A stretch of 64,000 bases of DNA from Octopus vulgaris (Eukaryota). The translations under genes were made by a program, and so were the position numbers. Within the stretch, counting starts at the first letter, position 1. Each line of letters opens with the position of its first letter. Under the pieces are notes generated by a model. That model was not told the origin of the DNA. It worked only from the letters and a program-made list of their open reading frames with translations, and made no database searches. Positions 1-12,940 of this stretch are shown piece by piece. The stretch covers positions 44,082,001-44,146,000 of the forward strand of contig OX597820.1 in assembly GCA_951406725.2 (NCBI GenBank), read 5' to 3'.

Positions 1-95
1 TTTGCTAAGCTGTTAGGTTATGGCAACGTAAACACAGACACACATACATACGTACATACATACATACATACATACATACATACATACATACATAC

Positions 96-164
<69 letters not shown>

Positions 165-1440
165 ACGGAATCTACCACCTGCCTTCGCTCAAATTCTTCG
201 GGAAAAAAACCCGGGACCCTACCAAGTCAAGCGACGACGATTTACCGGCCCGATCGATTGGAAAAAAGGTCGCCACGGAAAGAGAGAATTCGGTGGGGGA
301 AAGCGGCGGCAAACACGGCAACCGGCGACCGGAGATAACGACAACAACAACAGTAGCAAGAGATACAAAGAGAGACAGCGGAAGGCAATTGGCTTACATT
401 TAACAACAGTTTATACAATTATACAACAAATCAAATAAATCAAAGATACATCAGGTATACAACAAATCAAAGCATTTAAACATGCAGATACAGTTCAATG
501 TTCAAATCAGTTCAATTCACGATACAGTTCAGAGACAAATTAGAACAGTTCAATACATTAAAGTCTTTCTCTTTCTTTTACATTTCATTATCAATACAAC
601 AATCAAACACAGTTCTTTTCTTGCTTTCTGCAATTCTGTAACAGTTCTTTATAATCTCTGTTCCTTAATTCACAGTTCTTTTCACATATCAAACATAAAC
701 AACACATACCGTTTCAACTCCTACTATAATAGCAGTGCCTTCTATCCGCCGTAATCCCTCTCTCGCTCTCAGTCCTCTGTGTATGTCTTTCTCAACCTCT
801 CATCCTCTCACTGTCTGCCTGTCGTTCTCAACGATGTAGTTGCCCCTCGACATCGCCACCTCTTGGCTGACCGTCCGTATCACTGCTGTCCCTGGCCAAA
901 ACTGCCCCGTTGCCGTCTCAGGCAGAACTACATATTGCCAACTCGCTCTGTTCCCGACTGTCTGACTGACTGCCTGAACACAATCCCAACTGCCGACTGA
1001 ATGTCCCGTCTCTCGTATCAGTCCCGTCTCTTCTAGAGCTCCCGGCCGAACTGTCACAAACTCACAGCTCGTCGCTTTTTAAAGGGTCTTCTTTGACCGG
1101 GAAAAGGACAGAGGTCTTTCCGAAGGCCATTACTCTTTCGTGAATCTGACAGAACAAAGGACAATAACTTTAGATTCCAGACCTTCAGACTACAAACGAG
1201 CCAAGTAGGTCATAGCAGTTGTTTCCCGAATTGACCTACTCGTATCAATATATATATATACTTGTGTGTGTGTGTGTGTGTGTGTGTATACAACGGGTTT
1301 CTTTCAGTTTCCGTCTACCAAATTCACTCAAAAGGCCTTGGTCCGCCTGAGGTTGTAGTAGATGACACCTTCTCAAGGTACCACGTAGTGGGACTGAAGC
1401 CCAAGCCATGTGGTTGGGAAGCAAGCTAACCACCAGCCAG
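1..1440 (-). mobile_element. tRNA-derived SINE family A (internal microsatellite), interrupted by the solo LTR
   Basis: 1290-1440 matches the reverse complement of the head of the intact copies at 35884 and 55441. 1-45 matches the segment after the microsatellite. Confidence 0.7.
161..1247. mobile_element. Probable solo LTR inserted in the (TA)n tract of a SINE
   Basis: Starts TGTTACG and ends CGTATCA (imperfect terminal inverted repeat, TG...CA). (TA)n lies on both sides. No coding homology. Splits a SINE whose halves are at 1-45 and 1290-1440. Confidence 0.6.
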
Positions 1441-1449
1441 GAAAGTATG

Positions 1450-1950
1450 GAATGGAGCAGGTGAAACACGGATTACAACCGTTTCATAGTAGAGCAATGC
1501 TTGTAACATACACAGAATCAGCTTGGCCAATCTTGAGGAGTTATTACTGATAAGTTGCTTACATTGCCACGTTGAAATGAAGAAATGAACTACCAAACAA
1601 GTCACAGCTCGAATAGCAAGTTGAATAAAGACAAACATCAAAATCAAATGATCAATGAAAGTATTAGTTAGAGGGTAGGTCGCCCTGAAAGGAAACAAGG
1701 TGTGTGTTTCTATTGTTGTTATTAGTGGAAAGAAAATGATGCGATGTAAAGGTGGCAGGAGGACTAGCAATAAAACTTCTTTACATTAAGGTGTCATAGA
1801 AATAGTAAGAGACAAAGAACTGATAGCGCAAAAGTTCTAGACGGTAATAGCACCTGAAGGTTAGCTAGGCTGGTTTTGTGTATATTACAACTTATGTAAC
1901 AAGCATTGCTTTGGTATGAAACGGTTGTAGTCCGTGTTTTACCTGTTCTA
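1450..1950. mobile_element. MITE-like element with ~55-bp terminal inverted repeats
   Basis: gagcaggtgaaacacggattacaaccgtttcata...gcaatgcttgtaacata (~1455-1510) is the reverse complement of tatgtaacaagcattgc...tatgaaacggttgtagtccgtgtttttacctgttc (~1893-1948). Confidence 0.6.
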
Positions 1951-2039
1951 TTTGTTTTTGCTACTGTTGTTTAGCAAGTGCTGTCTGAAAAAGACTGCGA
2001 CATTCAAAGGCTGTCTGCACTGATCACATGTTCCTACCT

Positions 2040-2290
2040 CCTTTATCTCTTCTTAGGTAGAGGCTGCCTGTATCATTATTTTTGTAGAGACTTCTAGATG
2101 CGGCTTTTAATGTGTATGGCGTGGATTTCTTCTACAAACCAGTCAAATATTTCAAATGTTGGAATCAGTACTGATGCTGCAAATGCATTGTGGGATACTG
2201 CTTTGTTGTAAGAGGGAGAGTTCAGACTGCCATAATGTTCTTAGTCTGGTGTAATATTCTTGGGTCACACTATCTTTATTCGCAGTACCT
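2040..2290 (-). mobile_element. R4/Dong-type LINE ORF fragment (degenerate)
   Basis: Minus strand translates approximately LNSPSYNKAVSHNAFAASVLIPTFE, similar to the post-RT 'L..YNK..A.N.FA.PVL..TF' region of R4/Dong elements. Confidence 0.5.
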
Positions 2291-2309
2291 TGGTATGATA
2301 TATGTATGT

Positions 2310-2530
2310 ATGTCATTTTTCAATTTTGTTTCAAAATATCTTGCCAATAGGGAAAGAGCCGGTTTCTAACTTAGATCCAAGGTTCCTTCATTGGAATTTC
2401 AACATCAACAACAGAGTATTCTTGTATGTATGTATGTATGTGTGTATGTATGTATGTACCTATGTATGCATACGTGCAGATTTGTATGTTTTGTTTTATT
2501 TATGTCTTCTCATGCATATACTTGCATATC
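2310..2530 (-). mobile_element. 3' UTR/tail of the R4/Dong-type LINE associated with (CATA)n
   Basis: Reverse complement of the tails at 60808-60900 and 61085-61195. Flanked by (TATG)n. Confidence 0.75.
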
Positions 2531-4699
2531 TAGACATGTATGTATGTATGTATGTATGTATGTCGATTCACTTCTTAAAATAGTGACTTGTTTTTTTAAA
2601 AAACTAGGAAAGCTACAGTTCAAGGTATACTACTCAAATAAACATATCCTAGTGTGTAGATATTGGTTTGTACGGGTAACGCTACATACAAGACGAGCCG
2701 AGTTTCTTTCGTGTTTAGAAATCATCGTAGAATAAATGAGATGGTTAAATTCAGGTTTAATATATGTGCAAATTCTCAGACAATCGGAGAGAGAACAAAA
2801 GATAAAAGCGGTAAGACACCCACTTCCAGAATGGAAGAGAGAACCAGAACAAACAAGAAAATAGGCGATGTGGAGCTCCGTTTGGGATCAACAATGATGC
2901 CACTCCTGAAAGAGTAATGATTCGGGCCAAGAATCTGACAGGCAGAATCACAGGTATGTGGCGCAAGCTGTATTGCGAGAATGTATTGATTACCGGAGAG
3001 TTGCCGGACTTGGAATGTATAAGACACTTGAATGATAGAATATTGATAAAATAATAGAAAAATATTACAGTGAGCTGTAGCTTTCTCCAAAACTTATGGT
3101 TTTAGGTTCACGTCTGATATAGTGAACTGAATTTCAGTCGCTGGATAGATGGACCAATTAAATTGCTCGGAAAACAGGTTTGGTCCGGATTTCCAAGTGG
3201 ACAGAAACAGGAATGCGGTTACAATTAGAGTAGCATGTCCCGCCTAGATACTTGGGGTTGAGAGGAAGCTTTCTCTGAAAAGTCGAGTCGAAGTGGGGTA
3301 AGTCTACATTGCCCCCGTCACAATTTACCGCCTGACTATCGTGCTTTGCCCAGTCCCCGTCTAACCAAATTGGAGACCCTGATCTTTTTTGCTTCCTGTA
3401 GAAGCGATACGTTCCACCTGTCATGCAGTCCATCTGTTATGAGCATGTAGATTTATATAAAATGGCTGGTGAATATTGTTACTGTGAATTGAACTGCTCT
3501 AACCCTGCATGGAAAATAAAATTTGAGCGACTGTTTTTTTATGGTCAGAGCGAATTTGGCTCTCTGGAATTCCGTTTTGGCCCCTAGTTAGATGCTATTT
3601 TATGTACTATATGCATTTCACCTTATATAAAGCCTAGGTTTACATATGGTAGTATACCACTTAAAGCACTTTCAATGTTAATCCACAGTATTGATATAAA
3701 TTTCATCTTATATTTTTCTACCATCTACATTTTTATGGAAATCACCAACCAAATTGTAACTTTTGCAATGTCCACCACTCCTTATCTGAAGACCCTGTGT
3801 CCAATAAAATAAATAACTATTTAGTTCTATTAATAAGAATATATTTAGTTCTAGCAGTGAAAATATACGAAGCATAGTCTTCTTGGTCTGTATACCACAC
3901 TTAATAGTAATCGAGTAAAGCTAACCATCAACGGTAAACATGATAATTATGAACGAAAGCAAACCAAAGAAGAGATCTTTGTGATCTCTCAACCTGATAG
4001 AAATAGCAGCAAAACTGCCCTCAAATGTTACCTTATCGTCTGTAAAAATCGGGGACACGTTATGTAAGGTTATCGGAAATACACTGTTTGAAATATAGAT
4101 GGAATAGTCACGATTGGAATGACTTTAGTAATAAATGTGTTATCTGAGAGCTCACCTGATTTTACAGAACTTCAACGGCAAATATAAGCAAATATGTCAT
4201 CATCTTTTAAGTCTTTTATCTCTGATATATGTTTTACAATATCCTATCAAACTATTTTAAATGGAGTTTATATTTGATATTTATGCATAAATATTAAACA
4301 ATTTATACACTTATTATTTTATTCTTTGAAGATTTTATTCCCAAAATATTACTACATAGAAAGTTATAGAAAAAATTATATTAGAAAATAAACAGTAGTA
4401 GTAGTAGTAGTAGTTACCCCATGGTCGTGGTCAAAAGGTACTGGGTTACGGTATGCATACCAGTGTGTCATAGATATAATGTATTCTTTAGTTTTGTAGA
4501 TAGTCTTTATAGAGATGTTTTTTTCAATAAAAATTAATGGTGGTTATACGACCTGAAATTCGCCAACCTCCGTTTATTTTTATAATGATGCAAAACTGAA
4601 ACTAAACTGATCAAATAACGACATAAACGGAACTGAAATTTCAACAAAAATCTCCTCAGCTCCTAAGCTGTAGGGTTAATATGCGGTATCAAGCATTAC

Positions 4700-7680
4700 T
4701 GGAATGCTCTCCAGTCACTTCAAATGAGGGATGAAGTAAGAAAATATGGAATATTATTATTAAAAGTAACCTAGTAAATCAAGATCGAATTCCGGTGGGA
4801 AGATACAGACGGAGGTTTCATCTAGAATGGAGAGAAAAGATGCAACAGAAGAAACTATTCGTTACCTAGCTAGGATGACATGGAAAAATGTACCGTTAAC
4901 TTTGTTAGAGTTTCAAGGAAGGTGCTTTTGAATGATGAGTAGACGAATGACGGGGGTGACGAAGAACAAAACAGACAAATAGGTAGTGAATGGTACAGGA
5001 GATGTGATTGAATTATTAGATAAAAGAATAAAGGGAACTAGTTAGGAAGTACAATATATAGAACGTAATAAAGAATGGTCTTACAATGGTTATTGAGTAA
5101 CGAAAACAAAGAATGGTTTATGAATAGCTGTAATGAATTAAGTGAAGATGATCAAGTGATAATAGCACAGATCGATGAAATTATGAAAAAAATGGTTAAT
5201 GATTTTGTGGGGTACAAAACTTGCAAAAAATATTAGAAAAGTAGATTGAATAAGATTACAAAGAAGAGTCATGAGTTATATCATGAACAATTATGTAAGA
5301 GATACAAACAATTCACCAAGAGCCGCAGGTACTTATGCAGGAAAGGAGATTGGACAGAAGGATACAAGGAATAATAGTAAAAAGAAAAAAACTTTGTTAA
5401 TAAAGAAGAAAATTAGGGGATAAAGAGGAAAAAAGGAAAATTACATTAATGTTTTGGAAAGAAAAATAAATCAATTGAAATTTATAGGAAGGAATAGAAA
5501 ACTACATGGCAAAGACCATACAAAGCATGTAAGGAAGAAAGGGGCTAACAATGGTTAGAGAAGAGTTAAAACAAATGATTAGAAAAAAAGCTAATATTAA
5601 ACTGTATGAGCAACAAATAAATCAGTATGGATACAACCGAATATTCAGTGTATTCCAGACACATTGCACCAAAAGTTAAATAGCAGCATCAGGCATCATA
5701 GTTTCAACTGCCACCACAAATCCAATCCTTGTTGGTTGCAGTTTTGTGGCTTATGTGCCTCAGTGTTTCTGAGAGCTATGTTAGTGGAGCGCATCCTGAG
5801 ATGGTCAAATGATAGAGAGCGAACAAATATTGACCCCCTCTTTCTATAAGAGAAAAGTGGTTTGTGTAGGAACAACACTGCTTCCTAGTAAAAAGAAAAA
5901 CTACATCACTTTCGATAACAAATCAAAAGCAACGAAACCTGAGGAAGTGAAAAAGATAGCCCAGAGTCAAGAACAGAGGCAAAATATCATCGAGGGCCTA
6001 AGTTTCATCGGGAGCGAAAGTCTTAAGTAAGACATGAAAGGGTAAATCTTGAAACGGTTTTAAAATGAAATTACAGGAGAGGGACAGGAACACAATGTGA
6101 AAGATGATTGGCTAGAAGAATTAAAACAGGAGCAAGTGGTTACAACCCACAATTATATACAAGGAAATAAAATGGTAATTAATAAACAATACCGAAGAAT
6201 CCCCAAACGTGAAAGCTTCAGGGCCTAGCGGTTTTCAAAGTTATTGGTTAAAGAAATGAACTCGTTGCAAGAAAGAGTTACCTTACAGATAGATAACATC
6301 TTGAATAAAGATTTGCTGCCTATATGGATAGCATATAGGAAATCATTTTATGTTTGAGATCCGGTATCTCACATCGTTAAGAAGATTGAATCAGCTTTAT
6401 TGAATGAGATTTTGATGGTAAACTGAGTGAATACGAGGGCTGGGTAAAAAGTTCATAGGCTGACCAAGATACCCTCATGGAATGTGATCAAATGACGTTT
6501 AGTGTTTGGATCCCATTAGTGAAGAGGCTTTCATCCTGTTGCTGAAAAAAGTCATCAACAACTAATATGACGTCATCATCACTACGATATTAATTCCATC
6601 CAACTGCAGATGAAACGACCTTAGATCTCTTTGAAACAGGCGAGGTGAGATGTTTCCACAGCATAAATTGTCTCTTTATCTCTGGCTCTAAGTGATGAAG
6701 CCAACACTCATCCTGGGTTAGAAAACGTTCAAGAGAACCAGCTAGATCTGCCTGAAACAATGTCAGATTTTCCCATGATGTGATCAGCTTGGTGCACTTT
6801 TGATCGACTATCAGATGTGACACCCACCGAGCAGAAACCTTCGTCATGCCAAGTCCATTGGGCTGAGTATTCAGAACTCACTCACGTGATATGCTAACAG
6901 CATTGGCTATTTAATTTATAGTCAATCGCCTGCTATCCATCACCATGTGGTGAACACGGTCAATGTTTTCCTCAGTGACGGCAGATGCATGATGTCCAGT
7001 CTTTGAGTCATCTTCAAGACTTCCTTTCCCCTCATAAATTCATCTGTCCACTTTTTCACTGTTGATAAAGCTGGAGTGTCATCGCCTAATGTAGCAACTA
7101 CGTCGGCATGAATGTCGTTGGTGGTGGGGGGAGCTAAACTCTTTCTCTGCAGGTACTTGATACCACCACAAAACCAAACTTTATCCATATTCAAGAGAAG
7201 TCACTACTACTTACTTTTGATGTCTTCTTTGAAGAGTCAAATGTGAGTTTACCTGGAAAGAAACAATGGAACTATTAACAGGAAGAGTTTAAATTAATGC
7301 ACGCACGATTTCACAGCTCTAGCATCACTCTTTCATAGTCAGCCTATGAACTTTTCAGCCCAATCTTTTACAGTAAATTTACATGAAGGGGATACAAAAA
7401 GCACATTAGATTGCTTATTGGAGACTAAATATAATCTGGACCGAGTTGATAGTTGTTTCAGCATGCAATGTGATCGAGTGGTCGAGCCAAGGAAACCAGA
7501 CATTGATATTGACAACACAAACGAAAGACATTATAAAATAACTGATACCGTATCTCTAGGTGGTAACAGAGAGAGTGAAAAAGAACAAGAAATGATTGAG
7601 AAATACCTACATCTGTAAAGAAATGTTGTGAAGGTGTGGAGTAAGAAAAATATTGAAATTATGTCAGTAACAGAGAATAT
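4700..7680 (+). mobile_element. Degenerate R4/Dong-type (RLE) non-LTR retrotransposon, interrupted by a mariner
   Basis: Remnants of 'KASGP.G.Q.YWLK' (~6190-6255) and of the RLE region 'FSMQCDRVVEPRKPDI...EKEQEMIEKY' (ORF 7346-7618). Many stops and frameshifts. Confidence 0.65.
6434..7368 (-). mobile_element. Mariner-type transposon, internally deleted
   Basis: TIRs (ta)cgagggctgggtaaaaagttcataggctgac and gtcagcctatgaacttttcagccc. Transposase remnants 'KVSARWVSHL', 'FLTQDECWLHH', 'KRQFMLWKH' and an N-terminal HTH ('STVKKWTDEF'). Confidence 0.85.
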
Positions 7681-9117
7681 TGTTGCTAACTCGGCATCGT
7701 CCAGTTCTGAGTTCGAGAACGAAGCGATTTTCTTTTGTATTTTCCTTATCTTTGATCACCGGTGCTACAGAAACAGTAGCATCCGGGACTTACTACTATA
7801 AGTGTGAGCCCCCTTCTCCCTCTATCTGTCTGTATGTCTCTTTCTCTCTCTCTCTCTCTCGCCCTCTCTCTCTCACTCTCTCTCTCTCTTTCTCTCTCGC
7901 CATTTTACTCTGTCTGTTTATCTATCTTTCTCTCAGCGCCCACGGGAGGGAGCGGTCTTTGTTTTTCACATTCTTCAGGAAAGGAACTATTAACTGGCCT
8001 TTGCAGACACATGTATAAAACATCCTTGCTTTCTGACTTGCACCTCTTCCGTTGCTTTTGTTTTAGCATCCATGAAGAGGGTGGGGGCGGTAATGTTTTG
8101 TATGTCCATGCTGATGCATTTCAACTACGTCTTGTTCTTCGTGGCTTCTGCGCTTACAACTTGCTCATAGTGCACAATAAAGAAAATAACCAGCCAGAAA
8201 TCTACACTGCAGCCGTTGACTCTGATTATCTCCCTTACATACATTGTTAAATGAACCAATAGGCAAGTGTTTTTCGCACTATGTCCGTTTGTTATTTCAC
8301 TCCGTCATTTGTTCTTGAAGACCAAACACACACGCACCTGTATATTCTCCCGCAGTCTGTGAAAGCTACATCTATTTGTATATCGGCCAGGGCCTCCCTC
8401 AGAGTTCCTTTGAGAACAATTAAAAACACTCACTGTATTATTTTTTTCTTTCTTTTTCGAAGCCGAATTATGTTTCTTCTCCTCTCCCGTTCCCGGATAA
8501 GCGTTTCATGTAAGAAAGCATTTGATTTAGTCATATATTTGTGCCATTTCATCTTTTTCTTTGTTAGATGACTCATAATCAATCTTTATTTTTTATTTTT
8601 TATTTATCTATATATTTATTTATTTTGCTGCTAACGAAATATGGAGGATTCTTTTTATTATTACTGTTGGTATTTTTTTCCGTTAAGATTTCGAGTGACA
8701 TTGTTTAAGTGTGTTTTGTACGACGTACATTTACTACAGAAAATTGCATTTCATCCTCTATTTTCTTTTTACTTTTGAGATGTTTGATCTGGTTTACATG
8801 TCATTTGCTTATCTTTTTTAGTGCAATTTCGGAGAAGTATACTATCTTAGTTGCCATGTTTGAAATACCTGACGACAAAAAAGAAATTTGAGAAGTTAGA
8901 GTCCTTTTTTTGTTATTGCTAAACGAGGAAAATACCAGTTATAAAAGCCTATCTATGAACATAGATAACACAAAAAATCCTTTTAGTTCAGAATGCAATG
9001 CGATTTTTTCAATCACCCGAGCAATGCGTTGCACGTTTTGCAAAGGCAACAACAACAAAACGCCGTTATCACCTGACGGTGATAGCGGCGATGACAACGA
9101 CAACATTGACAACAACT

Positions 9118-9543
<426 letters not shown>

Positions 9544-10344
9544 ACCTAATATCACTGGGGCATTCGGGGTAATAAAGAAAAGAAACAGAAAAATACATAG
9601 ATATGATAGCAGGAAAAGCATACTTAAAACAATCGTGGAAAATAATACTGACGGTCAGTGCGCTCATAATGGTCACAATGTACGTTCGTTGGTTGTTTTA
9701 AACATTAATACATCAGATCAGTAATCAAAGCATATCAGCTATGATAGTCTCATCTTGTAAATCATGAACTACCTTGTCCCAAGTCTTTCTTTTTTTAAAT
9801 CAGATAGCAGACTCACATCTGCGAGAGATTTAGCTACTATTTCTAGCAACATGTGTGACCACTAGGAGTCACCTTCATTTGATTATTGTTGTTGCAAATA
9901 GTTTAATGAGTTCATAGAAGTAAGTGATAATTTGAAGTTTAATAGATTTGGAAATATCACAGCAATCTGTTCTTGTTTTTAGTCACTTCTTCAGTAGTAA
10001 AGTGATCGAATTTACTATTTATTTGACTTTTCTTGATCAGAAACATTCATCAATGTTTGATTAGTGTGAATAAGACCTCTTGAGACACAACTCCACTTCT
10101 GCCCACACGTACGACGAGAAGATTTATTAGCAATTCACTAATGTGTTAGAATGCAATTAAGCCACGTATGATAAAAAAGAAATGGTGTTGCTTTTTTTGT
10201 TTTTGTTTTCTGTCAGTAGTATAAAATGAGTCAACCGTTTCATCTAAACCAACAGCTAGATATACAGGAATTTTGAATTATACACACACGCATACATATA
10301 CACAAATGCACACACACACATATATATATATATGTATATATGTA

Positions 10345-10412
<68 letters not shown>

Positions 10413-10415
10413 AAA

Positions 10416-10446
<31 letters not shown>

Positions 10447-10683
10447 TATACACACACATACATACATACATACATACATACATACATACATACATACATA
10501 CATACATACATACATACATACAAGTGTTAAGCTCATCTTGTATATCAGGAACTACAGTGTCCCACGTCTTTTTTTCTTTTCAAACGATAAACTCGGATCT
10601 GACAGAGATTTAGCTGTTATTTCTACCAACTTGAGTGACCAGCAAGAGGCACCTTCGTTTGCTTATTGTTGTTGGAAATAGGC

Positions 10684-10988
10684 TAACTGGAGGCGATCCA
10701 GCGAAGCTACACGAAGAAGATGGGCTCAATGCGACATATGAACTACTGTGAGAGACTGAAAGAGTTAAGACTCTTCTCCCTTGAACGAAGGCGGGAAAGA
10801 TATGCAGTACTACACATCTGAAAAATCCTAGAAGAACTTGTGCCAAACTTTGGTATTGTCAGTTACACAAGCAGCAGAACGAGGCATCACTTCATGGCAT
10901 CAAAATCTTAACATTGTCATCAGGATACAGGAACAGATATTGCAACAGCTTGGGCTTCAAGGGCCTATAGCTCTGCGATATCATCCCA
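10684..10988 (+). mobile_element. CR1-group LINE fragment (same family as 17268-19343)
   Basis: ctggaggcgatccagcgaagctacacgaagaagat... aligns with 18777-19075. Confidence 0.8.
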
Positions 10989-11011
10989 CACATAGACACA
11001 AACACATACTC

Positions 11012-11053
<42 letters not shown>

Positions 11054-11345
11054 ATTCTTTCATACGAAAACATAATATTTTCATATTTTCTCATTTCAGA
11101 TTAAATTCTCAACCTGAAACCCGACGTATTTACCTCCCCCTGATGGCAAACTATCATACTTGTAATTGTATTTTTACTTCGCTGCATCAAAAGCTATCTG
11201 ACACAAACCACTTCTAGACTCGAATAAATTGTTATATTTTTCGACTCATTTCTTCTCTTTGTAATTGTGTATTGGCATTGCTACAGTTTTGTCTTTTGTA
11301 TCAACAATACATACATGCATACATACAAACAGACAGACAGACAGG

Positions 11346-11434
<89 letters not shown>

Positions 11435-11435
<1 letters not shown>

Positions 11436-11580
11436 TGTTTCTTTATTAGCCACACAGGGCTGCACACAGACGGGACAAATTACAAATTAGAGCTTTTCTT
11501 TTTGGGGAGAGAAAAAAGTAGGGTAGGTTTTCGATCAAAAGGGATCGTAAAAGGGAAAGAAAGAAGTCAATAGGGATGAT
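11435..11580 (-). mobile_element. Non-LTR retroelement 3' tail abutting (GATA)n
   Basis: Minus strand ends ...ccctgtgtggctaataaagaaacat then (ATCT)n, with an AATAAA signal. Similar to the SINE B tail. Confidence 0.45.
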
Positions 11581-11869
11581 AGATATATACTGAGTTGTAA
11601 GGCATGGAATAAAGTACATTTTGTTTGTTCTTAGTGTCAATTATGGAAATGCGATGAGATATAGAGAAGTATTAGAATAATTTAGAATCATTCTGAAATA
11701 CCTGTGTATCCATATGGTCAAAAATGTTGTCACATTCTACAATATTAGGCCTATAAAATATATAGAGTAGGCTTAAACTAATAATGCTAAACGTAAAAAT
11801 ATAATAATTTATCTGGTTTTACACTTCGCTTTTATTATATCAAAAAGTGATGTTGGTGACTTGAGAGGT

Positions 11870-12045
11870 TCGTTGAGTCGCCTTGCGGTATTTGTTCCAG
11901 CCCTTTACGTTCTGATTTCAATTCCGGTTCAGATGAATTTTGCCTTTTATCCTTCCAGGGCCAATAAACTAAAGATCAAGGCAATCACTGGGGTCAAAGG
12001 TATCCCCTAAAATTAATGGCCTTGTCTCTAAATCAGAAATCATTA
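11870..12045 (+). mobile_element. SINE family B, diverged copy
   Basis: B-box-like 'ttcaattcc' followed by tttgccttttatccttccagggccaataaa, as in 47070-47296. Confidence 0.6.
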
Positions 12046-12785
12046 CATAGCAAAAAAACATTCACTAAACTTGGCTTAATGGCTCATCCAACCTGATTAA
12101 TTAGCTGTTAGGCGAAACTTACAATCCTAGTCACAATGATGTATACTACACACAAACACATACACACACGCGCGCGAGCACATATATCACGTTATCGTCC
12201 AGACTATTTGGATGAGGTTATACGTCACTGATCAAAATGCGCTTCGCATTGTATTAGCCTTCGAATGATGCCACCTTGCTGACTAAGCAAATTGGCCCTA
12301 CTCCGTTCAGGGTTACCCATTTACAGACGAGAGAAAATCTTCTTTCGGCATGAAATTAAGGCGTTATTTACCTTGAGAGGACCTCGCTTATGGACTTATG
12401 GTGCAAAAAAGCACTCGCGCTTCTTTTGCTGTTAATCATATTTTTCTGGCTATTCGCGACATCGGTGCTTCAATAGATATGAATATTCTAAATATCGTTG
12501 ACAGGAGATTCAATTTTTTTGTTAAGGGACGTCTGTCACTACTATTATGTCATTGATGTATGCCTGAGGAGCACAAAGTAGGGCGAAATTACGTAATCTA
12601 GCAATTCCGATGACCGCCTGTCAACGATATAAATACGAGTGTTTTAAGCAACTTAGGTCCATCAGCGAAGTTCTTTCAAAGTAAATAACGCAATATTCAG
12701 TGTTTGAACACAACGCTCACGTTGCGTTGCTTATTGGTTAAATCAGTTTCTATTAATTAAGCACACACACACACATATATGTATG

Positions 12786-12836
<51 letters not shown>

Positions 12837-12940
12837 GCATATATATATGTATGTATGTATAATAGTAGGGAATATAATTCCAAACTTACCGGGAAAATTT
12901 TAATTTAGTAATTCTAAATCAAATTTCACGATATATAATG

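Noticed and set aside
4629-4663. Hammerhead on minus strand (CTGAGGA...GAAA)
   Set aside because: Stem II is mostly G-U pairs and stems I and III are out of register; compatible with chance.
9820-10680. ~80-bp direct repeats (9820-9900, 10600-10680) as LTRs
   Set aside because: Short and diverged, no TG..CA ends or internal coding; the same motif occurs near 3990 and 25830, so it is a dispersed repeat.
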